Below the pieces are notes generated by a model. It did not search any database and was not told the DNA's origin. It saw only the letters and a program-made list of their open reading frames with translations. Positions 25,368 through 38,709 of a stretch of 64,000 bases of DNA are shown here, one piece after another; the stretch's first letter is position 1; every line of letters starts with the position of its first letter. Origin of the DNA: Eledone cirrhosa (Eukaryota); the NCBI GenBank assembly GCA_964016885.1, contig OZ024742.1, positions 267,840,001-267,904,000 of the forward strand, read 5' to 3'. Position numbers and translations under genes: made by a program.

Positions 25368-26007
25368 TACATGTTAATAATGTATGATTTATCGATTTGA
25401 TTTTCTCTTAGCAGTTAGTATCTATATATGTCAACACTTAATTTGTTTTTCATTTCGTTTTATCTTGTAATTATTTCTATGATTATTATTCAGATACATT
25501 AAGATTAATATTTCTTTTATTATCATTAGTTGCGAATGGGTAAGAGCGCATAGAATTTATTTACATCATGATGCCATTAATTTATTATGTTAATCTAAGC
25601 AATTCTGTATATTTATTGTACAATATAGGAATTTTATACGTATTGTGTATGTTACAAAACGTAAAAGAGGCAACTTGAAAGATTCACTCTTTGGTCTTAA
25701 TAGAGTTCAATTTACATAACCATGTTACAGACTATGATTCCAACGTGCCCGAATTATCTCATAAATCACATATAATACATTCCATCGAAGTTCGTATGAT
25801 CAATCTGTGCCAGTAAGATGCATTATTATTATTCATATTAAGAAAGCTCATTCACAGAATCGTCTGAGCCTCAAATAATATGCTTTGATTTAAAATACCA
25901 TCGAAGTAAACATTGATCTTAATCATTCGGGCTCTAAAATCACTGCACTCCAGTGTTAGAGTTCATTCTTCTTCTGCTTCTTCTTCTTGACTCACCTTCA
26001 CAGACTT

Positions 26008-26185
26008 AGATTGGCAGATCGGTAGAGGGTGGGACGCCATGCTTTGCAGCAAAGAGATACAGCCTTTTTCTGTCTGAGTTCAAAACCCGCCGAGGGTAAC
26101 TTTGCCTTTCATCCTTACGGGGTTGATAAAATAAAGCACAAGTATTGCACTGGGATTGCTAGCTTTGTGCCAAAAGTAAAAAAAA
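26008..26185 (+). mobile_element. tRNA-derived SINE copy
   Basis: gattggcagatcggtagaggg...ctgagttcaaaacccgccgagggtaactttgcctttcatccttacgggg...gtgccaaaagta. Confidence 0.85.
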
Positions 26186-26446
26186 ACTATCCTCTCCATT
26201 CCTCTGTAATATATATATATATATATATATAGACAGTCGATCGACTTTCGTCATATCAAATCGGGCCGAGGAAACAAAGTTTCCATTGGTCTCTCCAATT
26301 GCTAATACTATCTATCGGTCGAAATTCCTGGTAGAAAGAGCAAGGTCAAATAAATTGTCTTGCTGAAGGACACAACGCGTACGCTCCTTTATATATATAT
26401 ATATATAGTAATAAAATTGAAGACTACACTTTAATCTGTTATTTTA

Positions 26447-26487
<41 letters not shown>

Positions 26488-26488
<1 letters not shown>

Positions 26489-28180
26489 TTAGTATATCTA
26501 CCAACATATATATACAGATGCATACCTATGCTAGCAAATATATAAGTTTTGTCTTAGTAACTTTGTGGTTCAATGCCAGGGGATGCAGAACAATTATATG
26601 AAAGACGTAAAATAAGAAAATTATAAAAATTAAGTTACTTACTAAAATTTCACTCCAACTAATTAGTTACTGAGAGGGAATAAACATGGTTTCCGAATGG
26701 AACGCGTGGAGAAGGCCTTTCGTCATCAGGGAAGTCTATTCTCAGCTAAGTTCCAAGGCAATGCGTGGACACAGGGAACTTATACAAAAATAATTCAGTG
26801 GATGGAAAAAAGCAAGCGAGGACTAAGTTCCAAGACATTGAAAAAATCACTGCCTACTTGGTCGGTGGCAAATTCAAAAGAATCAATCACGTGACATCGA
26901 GGTTAATCAGTGAGGAGTGGACTGTTAAGAAGACAGTAGCCGAACTATTACTATGAACTATAGTACAGTTTTGGCAAATTTGCAAATTTTTGCTCAACAA
27001 AATAATTTGGAGATAATTATAAAGAATTACTATATCTACCAACATATATATACAGATGCATACCTATGCTAGCAAATATATAGGTTTTGTCTTAGTAACT
27101 TTGTGGTTCAATGCAAGGGGATGCAGAACAATTATATGAATGACGTAAATTAAGACAATTATAAAAATTAACTTACTTACTATAATTTCACTCCAACTAA
27201 TTAGTTTCTGAAGGGAATAAACATGGTTTCCGAATGGAATGCATGGAGAAGGCCTTTCGTCATCAGGGAAGTCTATTCTCAGCTAAGTTCCCAGGCAATG
27301 CGTGGACATAGGGAACTTATACAAAAATAATTCAGTGGATGGAAAAAAGCAAGCGAGGACTAAGTTCCAAGACATTGAAAAAATCACTGCCTACTTGGTC
27401 GGTGGCAAATTCAAAAGAATCAATCACGTGACATCGAGGTTAATCGGTGAGGAGTGGGGTGTTAAGAAGACAGTAGCCGAACTATTACTATGAACTATAG
27501 TAACAGTTTTGGCAAATTTTTGCTCAACAAAATAATTTGGAGATAATTATAAAGAATTAGTATATGTTCCATTCGGAAACCATATTTATTCCCTTTCAGA
27601 AACTAATTAGTTGGAGTGAAATTTTAGTAAGTAAGTTAATTTTTATAATTTTCTTACTTTACGTCTTTCATATAATTGTTCTGCATCCCCTTGCATTGAA
27701 CCACAAATTTACTAAGACAAAACCTATATATTTGCTAGCATAGGTATGCATCTGTATATATATGTTGGTAGATATAGTAATTCTTTATAATTATCTCCAA
27801 ATTATTTTGTTGAGCAAAAATTTGCCAAAACTGTTACTATAGTTCATAGTTATAGTTCGACTACTGTCTTCTTAACACCCTACTCCTCACTGATTAACCT
27901 CGATGTCACGTGATTGATTCTTTTGAATTTGCCACCGACCATGTAGGCAGTGATTTTTTCAATGTCTTGGAACTTAGTCCTCGCTTGCTTTTTTCCATCC
28001 ACTGAATTATTTTTGTATAAGTTCCCTGTGTCCACGCATTGCCTGGGAACTTAGCTGAGAATAGACTTCCCTGATGACGAAAGCCCTTCTCCATGCGTTC
28101 CATTCGGAAACCATGTTTATTCCCTTTCAGAAACTAATTAGTTGCAGTGTAATTTTAGTAAGTTAATTTTTATAATTTTC
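26488..28180. repeat. ~537-bp unit: two direct copies followed by an inverted block (PLE pseudo-LTR-like), carrying hammerhead-like cores
   Basis: Copies at ~26488-27024 and ~27025-27565; 27567-28180 is the reverse complement of ~26597-27240; the ORF track repeats the same short peptides in both orientations. Confidence 0.92.
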
Positions 28181-28196
28181 TTATTTTACGTCTTTC

Positions 28197-28252
<56 letters not shown>

Positions 28253-28707
28253 CCATTACAATATGTTGCCAAACACTATTAATTATATAATATTTCAATT
28301 TACAAATATTTCATCATCCTGGCGGGAATCATCTGAATTAACCAATATATAAATAAGTTCATATTTTCAAACGCAGAATAATCCGTTGAATGTTTTGTTT
28401 ATATTGCAAAAAATGTAATGCATTGTCATAATAAGAGATATTGTTTACCAAATGCAGCATGGCGGTTGATTCACACTGGGACTCAAACGAATGTTTATGC
28501 ATTAAAATTGTTTTGTAACCAATGTCACATTTTGTACATAATAAACACTTTATAAATGCCAAAAATGTGCAGACGCACACACCCACATAATTGTGTATCC
28601 ACCTATATACACATACATGCCCACACACAGGCTCATATCAATCAATATATAATGGCTGCCCTCTCGTTATCGATTATGACCATTGTACGATATAACTTTA
28701 TTAATAA

Positions 28708-29694
28708 CTAGCAGTAAAGCCCGGCGTTGCTCGGGGTCGCTCAGTAGCTGTGTTAAAGTTACAATGTTAAGTTTCTTTCTTGGCTTAAAAACTGTAGTGT
28801 CTACTGTGCAGACTTGCATGTGGTGTTTTTGATTAATATTCCCTCAACCAACAATATGCCTTATGAAGTTAAGAAAACATAACGATAACCCGAATGTTAT
28901 AACAAAAGAGGATGCTGGGGATAGAAACTGCACTGGTTATTTATTAACAAAGATCGAAAATGTAAACACTGCAACGCAGAGAAAAACATTAGCGTAACCA
29001 AATTATCAGTTATGTCTGTCTGCACGCCTATATCACCTCTCTGCACGACTGTCTGTCTGCACGCCTATATCACCTCTCTGCACGACTGTCTGTCTGCACG
29101 CCTATATCACCTCTCTGCACGACTGTCTGTCTGCACGCCTATATCACCTCTCTGCACGACTGTCTGTCTGCACGCGTATATCACCTCTCTGCACGACTGT
29201 CTGTCTGCACGACTGTCTGTCTGCACGCCTAACGACGAAATATTTTCTTGTTATACGTAGTCTTTAAATAGACTTGTTTTCAAGTAAAAATATTGTTTTA
29301 AAATGCTTTTAAATGGAAATGAAGCAAAACGGAAGCTTAGTGTTCGAAATGATGAATTTTGCAGGTCAATATTTTGCTGGCTCGACAACTGTTCGTGTAT
29401 TGTGTTAATGTCATTTTAAACGCTGAGAAAGCCAGCGTAATTTTTTACGTAAGACGCTCAATGTAAACAGAACAAAGGGAAATAACTGATAACTTACGCT
29501 CAAAAATCGATACATTATATTCGATTTCGTCACATAAGGTGGGTCAATTTGAAATATTTTTTTTCCGATGTCTTCGCTAGGGCTCAATGTACAAGTATAG
29601 CAATTTCGGTGCAATTCCGTGAGAGATTCTAAGAGGAGATGTGTGCCAAAAATCGATAGACAGACAGACAACCACAGTTTTATATATATATAGA
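28708..29694 (-). mobile_element. Non-autonomous Helitron (Lep1/DINE-like), apparently complete
   Basis: Minus strand A|TCTATATATATATAAAACTGTGGTTGTCTGTCTGTCT ... subterminal hairpin (cccggcgttgctcggg on plus) ... CTAG|T; no TSD. Confidence 0.75.
29015..29230. repeat. 36-bp minisatellite (~5-6 units) inside the Helitron
   Basis: ctgtctgtctgcacgcctatatcacctctctgcacga repeated. Confidence 0.93.
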
Positions 29695-30356
29695 TTATCA
29701 ATTAATGCTATCGTGCAATGCCGCGTGCAGTTTTTTAAAAAATGAGTAACGACTGTGCATTGCGCAAATCCCACTCTTTGAGCGAAAGTAGCTATAACCC
29801 GAAAAGAAGAAAAGAACAACTTCATCGGTAACTACTGAGCGGCAGGATTTATGTTGGAGTTATTCCATTTTACAGAGATGCCTTCTCCTAGAAGAATGCC
29901 CTGACAAAGGCTAGGGTCCTTCACTCCCAGTGCTTTAACCACGTGATCCGGTATCCAGCCCGATTATTTCAGATTATTTCACACATGCATACATGTTTAT
30001 AGATTGATTAATTAGGGAAAAGAAACTACTTTAAAGTTACTAGCTCCGCCAAGCCCTACTCACATATTCTGCGTTTGAAAAGATGTGATCGTTGTGGTAT
30101 TTATTTATATATTGGCTAATTCCGATGATTTCCAGGAGGATGAAACAATTGTAAATCAAATTCAATATAACTAATAGTGTCTGGTAAGATATTTTAATGG
30201 ATACTTAACTCTATGTGTGATAGTCTTCGACAATGGGTGTTCATATAATTGTCTAAAAAACATTATGAAACCGTCTGTACAGATTATTATAATACATTAT
30301 CGTATTTTGAGCTGATATAACATTTCACCTACACATTTCCTGTTTTTATAAGAGTG

Positions 30357-30540
<184 letters not shown>

Positions 30541-30714
30541 TACATATATGCATATATGTATGTGTGTGTGTACTCTCATTCTCTCTCTAGATTGTACCTG
30601 CAATTTAAAGTTCGAGATTTGTTATATTGTGTCAAGCTAATTCAGCCTGACAATTGCAAATGCATATATAACATGTGTCTCCAGTATACACAGCTACTTC
30701 ACATCAATTTTCAG

Positions 30715-31178
30715 TAATCAGAAGAAGGGAGGTAGGCGTAAATGCCAAACTCACTATCTTCAATTCGGCTTTCGTGCCAACTCTTACCTATGGTCATGTA
30801 TCTTGGGTAATGACCGAAAGAATACGATCGCGAATACAAGCATCCGAAATGGGGTTCCACCGAAGGCTCCTTGGAGTAACATTATTAGATATAGTAGAGC
30901 CGCTACTTTTTCAAATTGAGAGATCACAGTTCCGATACTATGGGAATATGGTTAGAATGTCTCAGGACAGTATCTCTGAACAGATTTTATGGGCGAAACC
31001 AACAGGTAGGAGAGCCAGGGGTAGACCAACAGGCAGGAGATCTAGGGATAGACCCGCGCAAGATGGTTGGATAACATCCATGAGCTTGGCTGGTGACGCT
31101 TGGAGATCTAGCCGGAGCTGTTGAATACGATTGCTTCTGATAAGACCTCTTGGAGGGAGTCTGCCCCCACGACCCTCG
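30715..31178 (+). mobile_element. RTE (Expander/Rex3-like) LINE 3' fragment
   Basis: FVPTLTYGH.SWVMTERIRSRIQASEMGF.RR, VEPLL.QIERSQ.R..G...RM, PTGRR.RGRP; ends in a GAA tail. Confidence 0.88.
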
Positions 31179-31527
31179 AGAAGAAGAAGAAGAAGAAGAA
31201 GAAGAAGAAGAAGAAGAAGAAGAAGAAGAAGAAGAAGAAGAAGAAGAAGAAGAAGAAGAAGAAGAAGAAGAAGAAGAAGAAGAAGAAGAAGAAGAAGAAG
31301 AAGAAGAAGAAGAAGAAGAAGAAGAAGAAGAAGAAGAAGAAGAAGAAGAAGAAGAAGAAGAAGAAGAAGAAGAAGAAGAAGAAGAAGAAGAAGAAGAAGA
31401 AGAAGAAGAAGAAGAAGAAGAAGAAGAAGAAGAAGAAGAAGAAGAAGAAGAAGAAGAAGAAGAAGAAGAAGAAGAAGAAGAAGAAGAAGAAGAAGAAGAA
31501 GAAGAAGAAGAAGAAGAAGAAGAAGAA

Positions 31528-31584
<57 letters not shown>
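31179..31584. repeat. Long (GAA)n (~350 bp) followed by (TAA)n
   Basis: Direct reading. Confidence 0.97.
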
Positions 31585-31585
<1 letters not shown>

Positions 31586-34063
31586 CATCGTCATGGTCCT
31601 GACCAACGAATTATTCTTATCTTAGCGTCTTTTGTCTATAGTACTTCCTGGAATCCATTATTTCTATGGGAGTGTTAATATATCATGACAGCAAAAATAA
31701 TGCCAAAGGCCAGGATCACTTCATAGTCTATTCTATTTTTATTAGGATTAGTTAAGGAAATGTCCATGGTAGTCTCATCTATGATTTCTTAACAGAATTT
31801 GTTATTTTTTAGTTGATATTTAACTTACATATATGAAAGTATTAACATTGCTTGGGTATGCCAGTGGATACTTTAGCTGCATAGATTTTGTATCACTGCA
31901 GGGGGCACATAAAACTTATATAAGTCTTTCATAAGTCCCCTTAAAGGCCTGTCTCACTCACACTGCATTATATATTGTTTCCAAGATTTTAAAATTGTTT
32001 TTTTTTTTTTTTCAGCTATGCATTTCGATTGCTATTAACACAATCCTGAGAGGAAAATTTTCTCCTAATTACAAGGATAACGTCATTTAATCGATGGGCT
32101 ATTTGTAAGGGGCATTACTTGGATTTGTAAAATGAAATACTAGATATGAACTCGATGTTACAAGTATGAGTCAATGTTGACTACATCGAGTTTAGTTTTT
32201 TCCCCAGGTTGCTGCAACGGGGAATTTTAAGAAATGTTTGCTATTAGCATTAATATTATTGCTATTAACTTTATCAAATTTAGCAACAGCTACAGTAAGA
32301 AAATACTACGTAGCTGTTGTTATTGCTCTCGTATTCGGAATAATTATGTTATCTTTGTTGAAACGTTAAAATACTTACAGATATATACTGCAATTCTATA
32401 TCACATATATTACAGTTTTCTCTTCCATACATAACGTCGTAATATGACAAAAATTCCAGCTTCATATTCTAAACTGCGCAGCCATAATACTGCGTATAAA
32501 ACTTTGAATGATGTGAGACGGAACAGAGAATATTTATGCATTGAATATAACACAATTTCATATAGCATAATGTAATTATGCTTACGTGCATTTCAGCACA
32601 GCATTGGAAAGATCTATAAAATTAGATTTGATGTGTAAGGTATCTTTATATCATATTCAATATCTAACAACATAAAGATTGGCTGATTCTGTATTTGTCA
32701 CGTTTCTTTACTGGATTGATTGGTTATCTATTCTGCCATCTCAAAACTACCCATACAACAAAGTCAACATTTTCCAGTGTGACTAATAAGCCAAGAGAAG
32801 AACTGATACATTTATATTTTTTAAGCCTTAGTATTTGAAACAATAAGAGTTTGCATTGTTCTTGCTGTTGATTATCAACGTGATCAGTCCAAATCGACCA
32901 AATCTATGAATCAAGATGTTCCAAATATTAGCATCTCATCTTTTATTCAGACAGAGTATATCTAAAATTGCATTACGTAATGTCTTTATCCGTTACTCAA
33001 GAGACCTTGGTGGGATTTTTGATACGGTTGGCTGCTGTAGTCATGAGGTTTTTAGATATTTGTTTATAATATCCAAAATATTTCAGGGCAAGTGAACAAT
33101 AGAATGGAGGAAAATACCAAAATAATTAGATTTCACTCTAAGAAAGAAATAGAGAAAGGTCTATAGGCCAAATGTATGGATCTTTCTTATTGAACGACGG
33201 TCCTCCGTAACAGTGGACATTTAATTGACATGAATGTCTGTTTGTTGTATTTTTATTTCATATTGTTTTGTTTACGGATCCATTTAGATGTTGGTGCCAC
33301 ATACTGACACAGCTCTATAAACTATTACACAGGATTGGCCTCGAAGTATTTGTAATTTTACTGAAATCGGATTTTAAACTAAAAATGAATTCAGTATTGT
33401 TAAAAACAAAATTCAATAACAATTCCTCTACTGAATATCGATCTTAGTAAATAATCAATTCAGATATTGACGACAAGACTGTTATTACAGTGAATATTTT
33501 TCTACTGATCGCATAGGAAGTAATTTGTATTGGTGTTCCGAAATAGCGATATATATATAAATGTGCACACTGCATATTTAACAGTATACGGTATGTTTAT
33601 GAAAAACATTTTGAAGGGCTTTTGCTATGAATTTTGTGATTGTGACGAACATCATATATCTTGCTTCACGGGGCAAGTAATAAACGATGCCACCAAATCT
33701 CACTTATAAGTGGTCGTCAAGACTACATATCTCTCCGCCTATGCTCAAGCTAAACTAAGCTGGATTATTATACAATTTTGCTTATGTTTATGAGCTGATG
33801 AAATTCATTTGCAAACGGAGCGGTAGCAGGCCCAGCATCGATTAACAATTTGTATTGATGCTCAGGTATAGTGATTTATAGTTTGTTGAAATTGTGTAAA
33901 TATCAGATATGCTTTGGAATACTTAGATGCGGGCCTTTATATTTCATTCTCATACGGTGGATTAAAAAAAAGTACCACTCTATATCTGGGGTGGGATATC
34001 ACAGATTTCATGATATTACCCAAATATCTGAGGATTTTGTCAATGTTAACATCAATATGTCAA

Positions 34064-34146
34064 TCTTCTTCTTCTTCTTCTTCTTCTTCTTCTTCTTCTT
34101 CTTCTTCTTCTTCTTCTTCTTCTTCTTCTTCTTCTTCTTCTTCTTC
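34064..34146. repeat. (TTC)n microsatellite
   Basis: Direct reading. Confidence 0.95.
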
Positions 34147-34229
34147 AATTGTCAATACCTGAAATAAAGCCACTTGTTGTACAGCCATCCATATTACTCT
34201 TCATTCTTTCACTATATGTATATATATAG

Positions 34230-35900
34230 TCAATTTCCTAGACGTAACCCTGGAGTTGAGTACGGGCCTATATAAACCATACCATAAGGCCGGTAAGATC
34301 CTGTCTTATATAAACTATGCATCTAACCACCCTAAGTCTACTCTGAACTCCATAGTATATAGCATATCCCATAGGATCTCGAGGCTCTCCGCCAATGAAG
34401 ATATCTTCAACCAAGCGGCCGAATATTACAATAAGGCTTTACTAAATGCCGGTTTTAACCGGAAAATATCTTACATCCTTAACGCTAGCTCTAGAAACCA
34501 ACCCCAACGTAGGACTAATGTTATAGTGAGCCACACCTATAACAGAGCCCGCTATAGCCATGAAAGCGTCAAGAACTATAGTATAAACAGCCACACTAAG
34601 AAACTTGGCCACACAGTTAATTACATGAGTGGCCACCAAGACAACCGACAGTATGGTAAGTGTTAACCGATTGGTAGCGCCACCAGCTGTAGCCTATTAG
34701 AGTTATTCCCTAACTATAAGACCAGTAACTGCGGCGGCCTATTACCAACACCCTCCAACCCGCGTCTAGCCCCACATAGAAAATACAGAGGTAAGGCGCC
34801 CCTACCTGAACACAAAGTAATGGGGACGCATAACCGCCTACAGCCCAGGAACCACCGTAAGTACTGTCATCTAGGAGGCACAACCTGTAGTAAACCCACT
34901 GTAAAGCGGAAACGCCACCGTAATATCATATGGTTCCACCCCCTCCCACCCTACTCTCGGAGTGTGACCTCCTACGTACCGAGGATATTCTTCGAAGCAT
35001 TGCAGAGAAATTTCCCACCTAATCATAAATACAGAAAAATACTTAACAGGAACAATATCAAAATATCCTTCTCTACCACCCCCAATGTAGCTGACACCAT
35101 AGGAGCAACTAATCACAGTAAGATTAACAAAACACTACACCTTAGCACAGATACATCTAGACCTGACAACAACACTAATATCCTTAACATCCCCTAACAG
35201 CACCAAATAGGGTGGATGGCCGCCCCGGCAAACGAAACCCACGTAACCAAGGCATGATTGGAGAATATACCGGCGACACACACGCGTCACCCACCGACAG
35301 CAGAACGGCCTGCGGCGTGCGGAATAATAATGGTACAACAACGCACGCCTTGAGAGATAACTGTACCAATGACAGAGTCAGAGACATATATAACAACATA
35401 GATAGGAATAGTAATAGCTTTACTTTAGGAACTAGGGCGACCATGACGGAAAATGCAACTGTCGTAACAGGGGAGGCTGCCCTCTCAGGGGAAACTGCCT
35501 GACTGATAAGGTTGTTTATAGGTGCACCGTAACTAGCCATAGCGGAGTTAAACACTATATAGGAGCCACCTCTGGCCAGTTTAAAACGAGATTTAGAACG
35601 CATATCCACTCTTTCAGGAACAAAAAATTAAGGCACTCCACATCGCTTGCCAACTACGTCACCACATTGCAAGACGGCAACATATGCTTCTCCACACACT
35701 GGGATATTGTCAGTAGGGCTGCACCCTACAGATTCAGAGGGAAATGCCAGCTCCGCCTCATGGAGCTGTACTACATCATCAGATCAACCCATGAGCTCTT
35801 AAACAGCCGAGCAGAATCAGTTATTAATTGTAAACATCGGGTACAGGCGTCGTATTTTGCCTGGGAGGCGACTGTGACATGAAAACTACGAACTGGGTCC
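34230..35900 (+). mobile_element. Penelope-like element, 5'-truncated: RT C-terminus, linker and GIY-YIG endonuclease
   Basis: FLDVTLELSTGLYKPYHK..YINYASNHP; RNIIWFHP.PPYS..NFPPNHKYRKILNRNNIKISFSTTPN; FKTRFRTHIHSF..STSLANY..WDIV..APY..KCQL.L.E.YYI; starts next to (TA)n. Confidence 0.85.
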
Positions 35901-36396
35901 CCTTGCCCGAACCATAACACTACGGTGGGCACGCAGTATGAACAAACATCTGTGAACCAAATCTACACCGCGGACCATACTTTATTATTATTCTCCTCTT
36001 GGTCGAGATAAAATTTGGTCATTTTGACTAAGCTAACGAATGCAAATTCGGAAAATAGCTTTAGCACTCGATGGAGAATAATACCCCAGAGTAATAACAA
36101 TACGTTTAGACAGCTTTGCAAATCAAATATAGCGATCGGCAGTCCAGCCGCATTGCCATAGCAACGAAAAAACCTGGACTCAGGAAAATATGTTTAACTG
36201 ACCTGGACCATCGCGCGGAGACCGAATGCAATACATAATGGATATCGTATACCATACGATATACATCACATACAACATACAACATCCATGCTAGGTTTCT
36301 GTAAATCCGAGATCGGCTAATTCCGCTTGCTGGGTCTGTGTATATATATGTTCAAAGCAGAATACGCGAGAAAAAATGCGAGAAAATAATCAGAAT

Positions 36397-36399
<3 letters not shown>

Positions 36400-36463
<64 letters not shown>

Positions 36464-36476
36464 GCTTGTGTATGCG

Positions 36477-36544
<68 letters not shown>

Positions 36545-36572
36545 CGTGTGTGTGCGTGCGTGTGTGTGTGTA
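36400..36572. repeat. (TA)n(TG)n microsatellite
   Basis: Direct reading. Confidence 0.95.
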
Positions 36573-37499
36573 TTTCCTTGGATGTGGTTGATGACCAATT
36601 CATTATGAAGCCAAGCGCAGTCGCAGATATCTTAAAAATGTTAGATCTGAGAAAGAGAAATATAAGGCCATATTTTATAGAGATGATAAAAATATTGCAA
36701 TTTTTTTTTTATGTTTCATATTTTAAAAAAATGTCTTATATATGGCAACGGAATTTAATCCCCATGTATAGATATCAGATCAATACGTGCCAATCAAGTT
36801 ATTGCCTCAATTTTTCATTTGTAATGGGAATAATTTAGCTTGAAAATTAATCTAGGTAGCTGATATCAAAGGGTTTTTACATATAAGGGCAAACTCATGC
36901 TACGTAGAACTCAACGCTTGAACTTTTGAAGAAAACACATGTTTTATGTTAAAAAGTATAATTGAAATTTCGAGTTTCTAATTTAAACTTCGAGTTTCTA
37001 ATTTAAATTTCGAGTTTCTAATTTAAACTTCTAATCAACGAAACCTAAAAAAACTATTAGAGATTAAATAAATTTTCCATATCTTTCCATTAACTATTTA
37101 AGTTAAATTTTCTTTAAATGGCTAATGGCGTTTATTGTAGAAAAGTCAACATGATTTTGAATATAAGTTCCACACATCTTTATAAAAATGCCGTTCTAAT
37201 ATAACTATACATAAAATTATAGATTGATATGTGTATTTTAAATATAAACTAAATTGAATGCACATACACGCAGATGAAATAGAAAATAGCATATATCTCT
37301 TCAATGTAAGATTATTACACTAAAACACACGCAAACACAGATACACGCAGCCACACACAGACAGACACACATACACACACATGCACCCCCCCCCCACACA
37401 TACATGCATATATATATATATTTCTCTCTATCTCTATCTATCACTCTTTCTCTTTCTCTTTCTCGCTCTGTTATTTTTTTAATATATATTATTATATTT

Positions 37500-37595
<96 letters not shown>

Positions 37596-38709
37596 GAAGT
37601 TTGTTGACCAGATAGGGTATTGTAACTGGTAGATGTCAAAGTATCCTGAGGTAGGCACTTAATTTGTAATGCAAATTTCTGAATAAATTGTTGTAAAAAC
37701 CTATTTTGCATACTTATTCTTCACTGTATATACTCAGCCCGAACCACAAGATGTAATCTATGATGCTTCTGGTTGTTGCGTGATTAACTCAGGATACTGC
37801 GAGGTCTACCATTTACAATAATCTAACTGGTCATCTACCTGCATATATCATAAGATAAATGCTTCCAAGCGCGTATTGATGTAATTGAAAGCAACAGCGT
37901 ATGAACCCGGAATCATTGATTGCCGACCGAATCTCGTACACTTAAACACTTGGATAAGATCATGCCTTTTCGAAATGAAAATCAACAAACTGATGGAGAG
38001 ATAACCTCCAATTCACGAGAATATATAATTTTCATACAGTACCCTACCTACGATAGTCTGGAGGAACCCTATTCACGACAACCACCAGGGTCATCGCTCG
38101 ACAACAGACATACATGCAAATAACACCACTGATTTTCCTGGAACTATATATTCAATATTATTGATATTATTAATTTTATTAGTATTAATCCTATTGTTAA
38201 TCTTTTATGGCGACCCCCATGTCACCATCATTGGAATAATTTTGCTATATATCACATGCTAGTCTACATTACGTAATACTGCCTCCATCATCAACAGCAT
38301 TACGGACAACTACTTCAGCGCCACCTCCATCAACACCTCAACATGCACCAACAAACTCAAACAAAAATAAACTCACATTCGCAACAACAACAAACTCAAA
38401 ACCAACTAAAAGATACAACTGTTATGCACTACACAGCACTAAACACGAACAAAAAAAAACTTAACGTACAAAACGACACCAGCAGTACGGAAAAAATATA
38501 CACAACAGCCCCAAATTTCAATCCACCCAAACATAAAAATAAGAGAAAGAAAAAAAATCATACACTCTCATCAATAAAAAAAAATTCCCTGATTCAATTG
38601 GAGATTTCCGAGAAACCCTCTCCTTGTGGAGAAGACCACAACTAACCAGACGATGAAGCAACCATCCCTCCACCAGAAAGCCAGGGGTAAGTTCTTACGT
38701 GATTCCTCC

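Noticed and set aside
26697-28103. Repeated 63-65 aa ORFs as a small gene family
   Set aside because: They merely reflect the 537-bp repeat; no recognisable domain
32290-32325. TVRKYYVAVV resembling the ceruloplasmin/hephaestin N-terminus
   Set aside because: The following E..W.Y motif is absent and no further oxidase exons were seen
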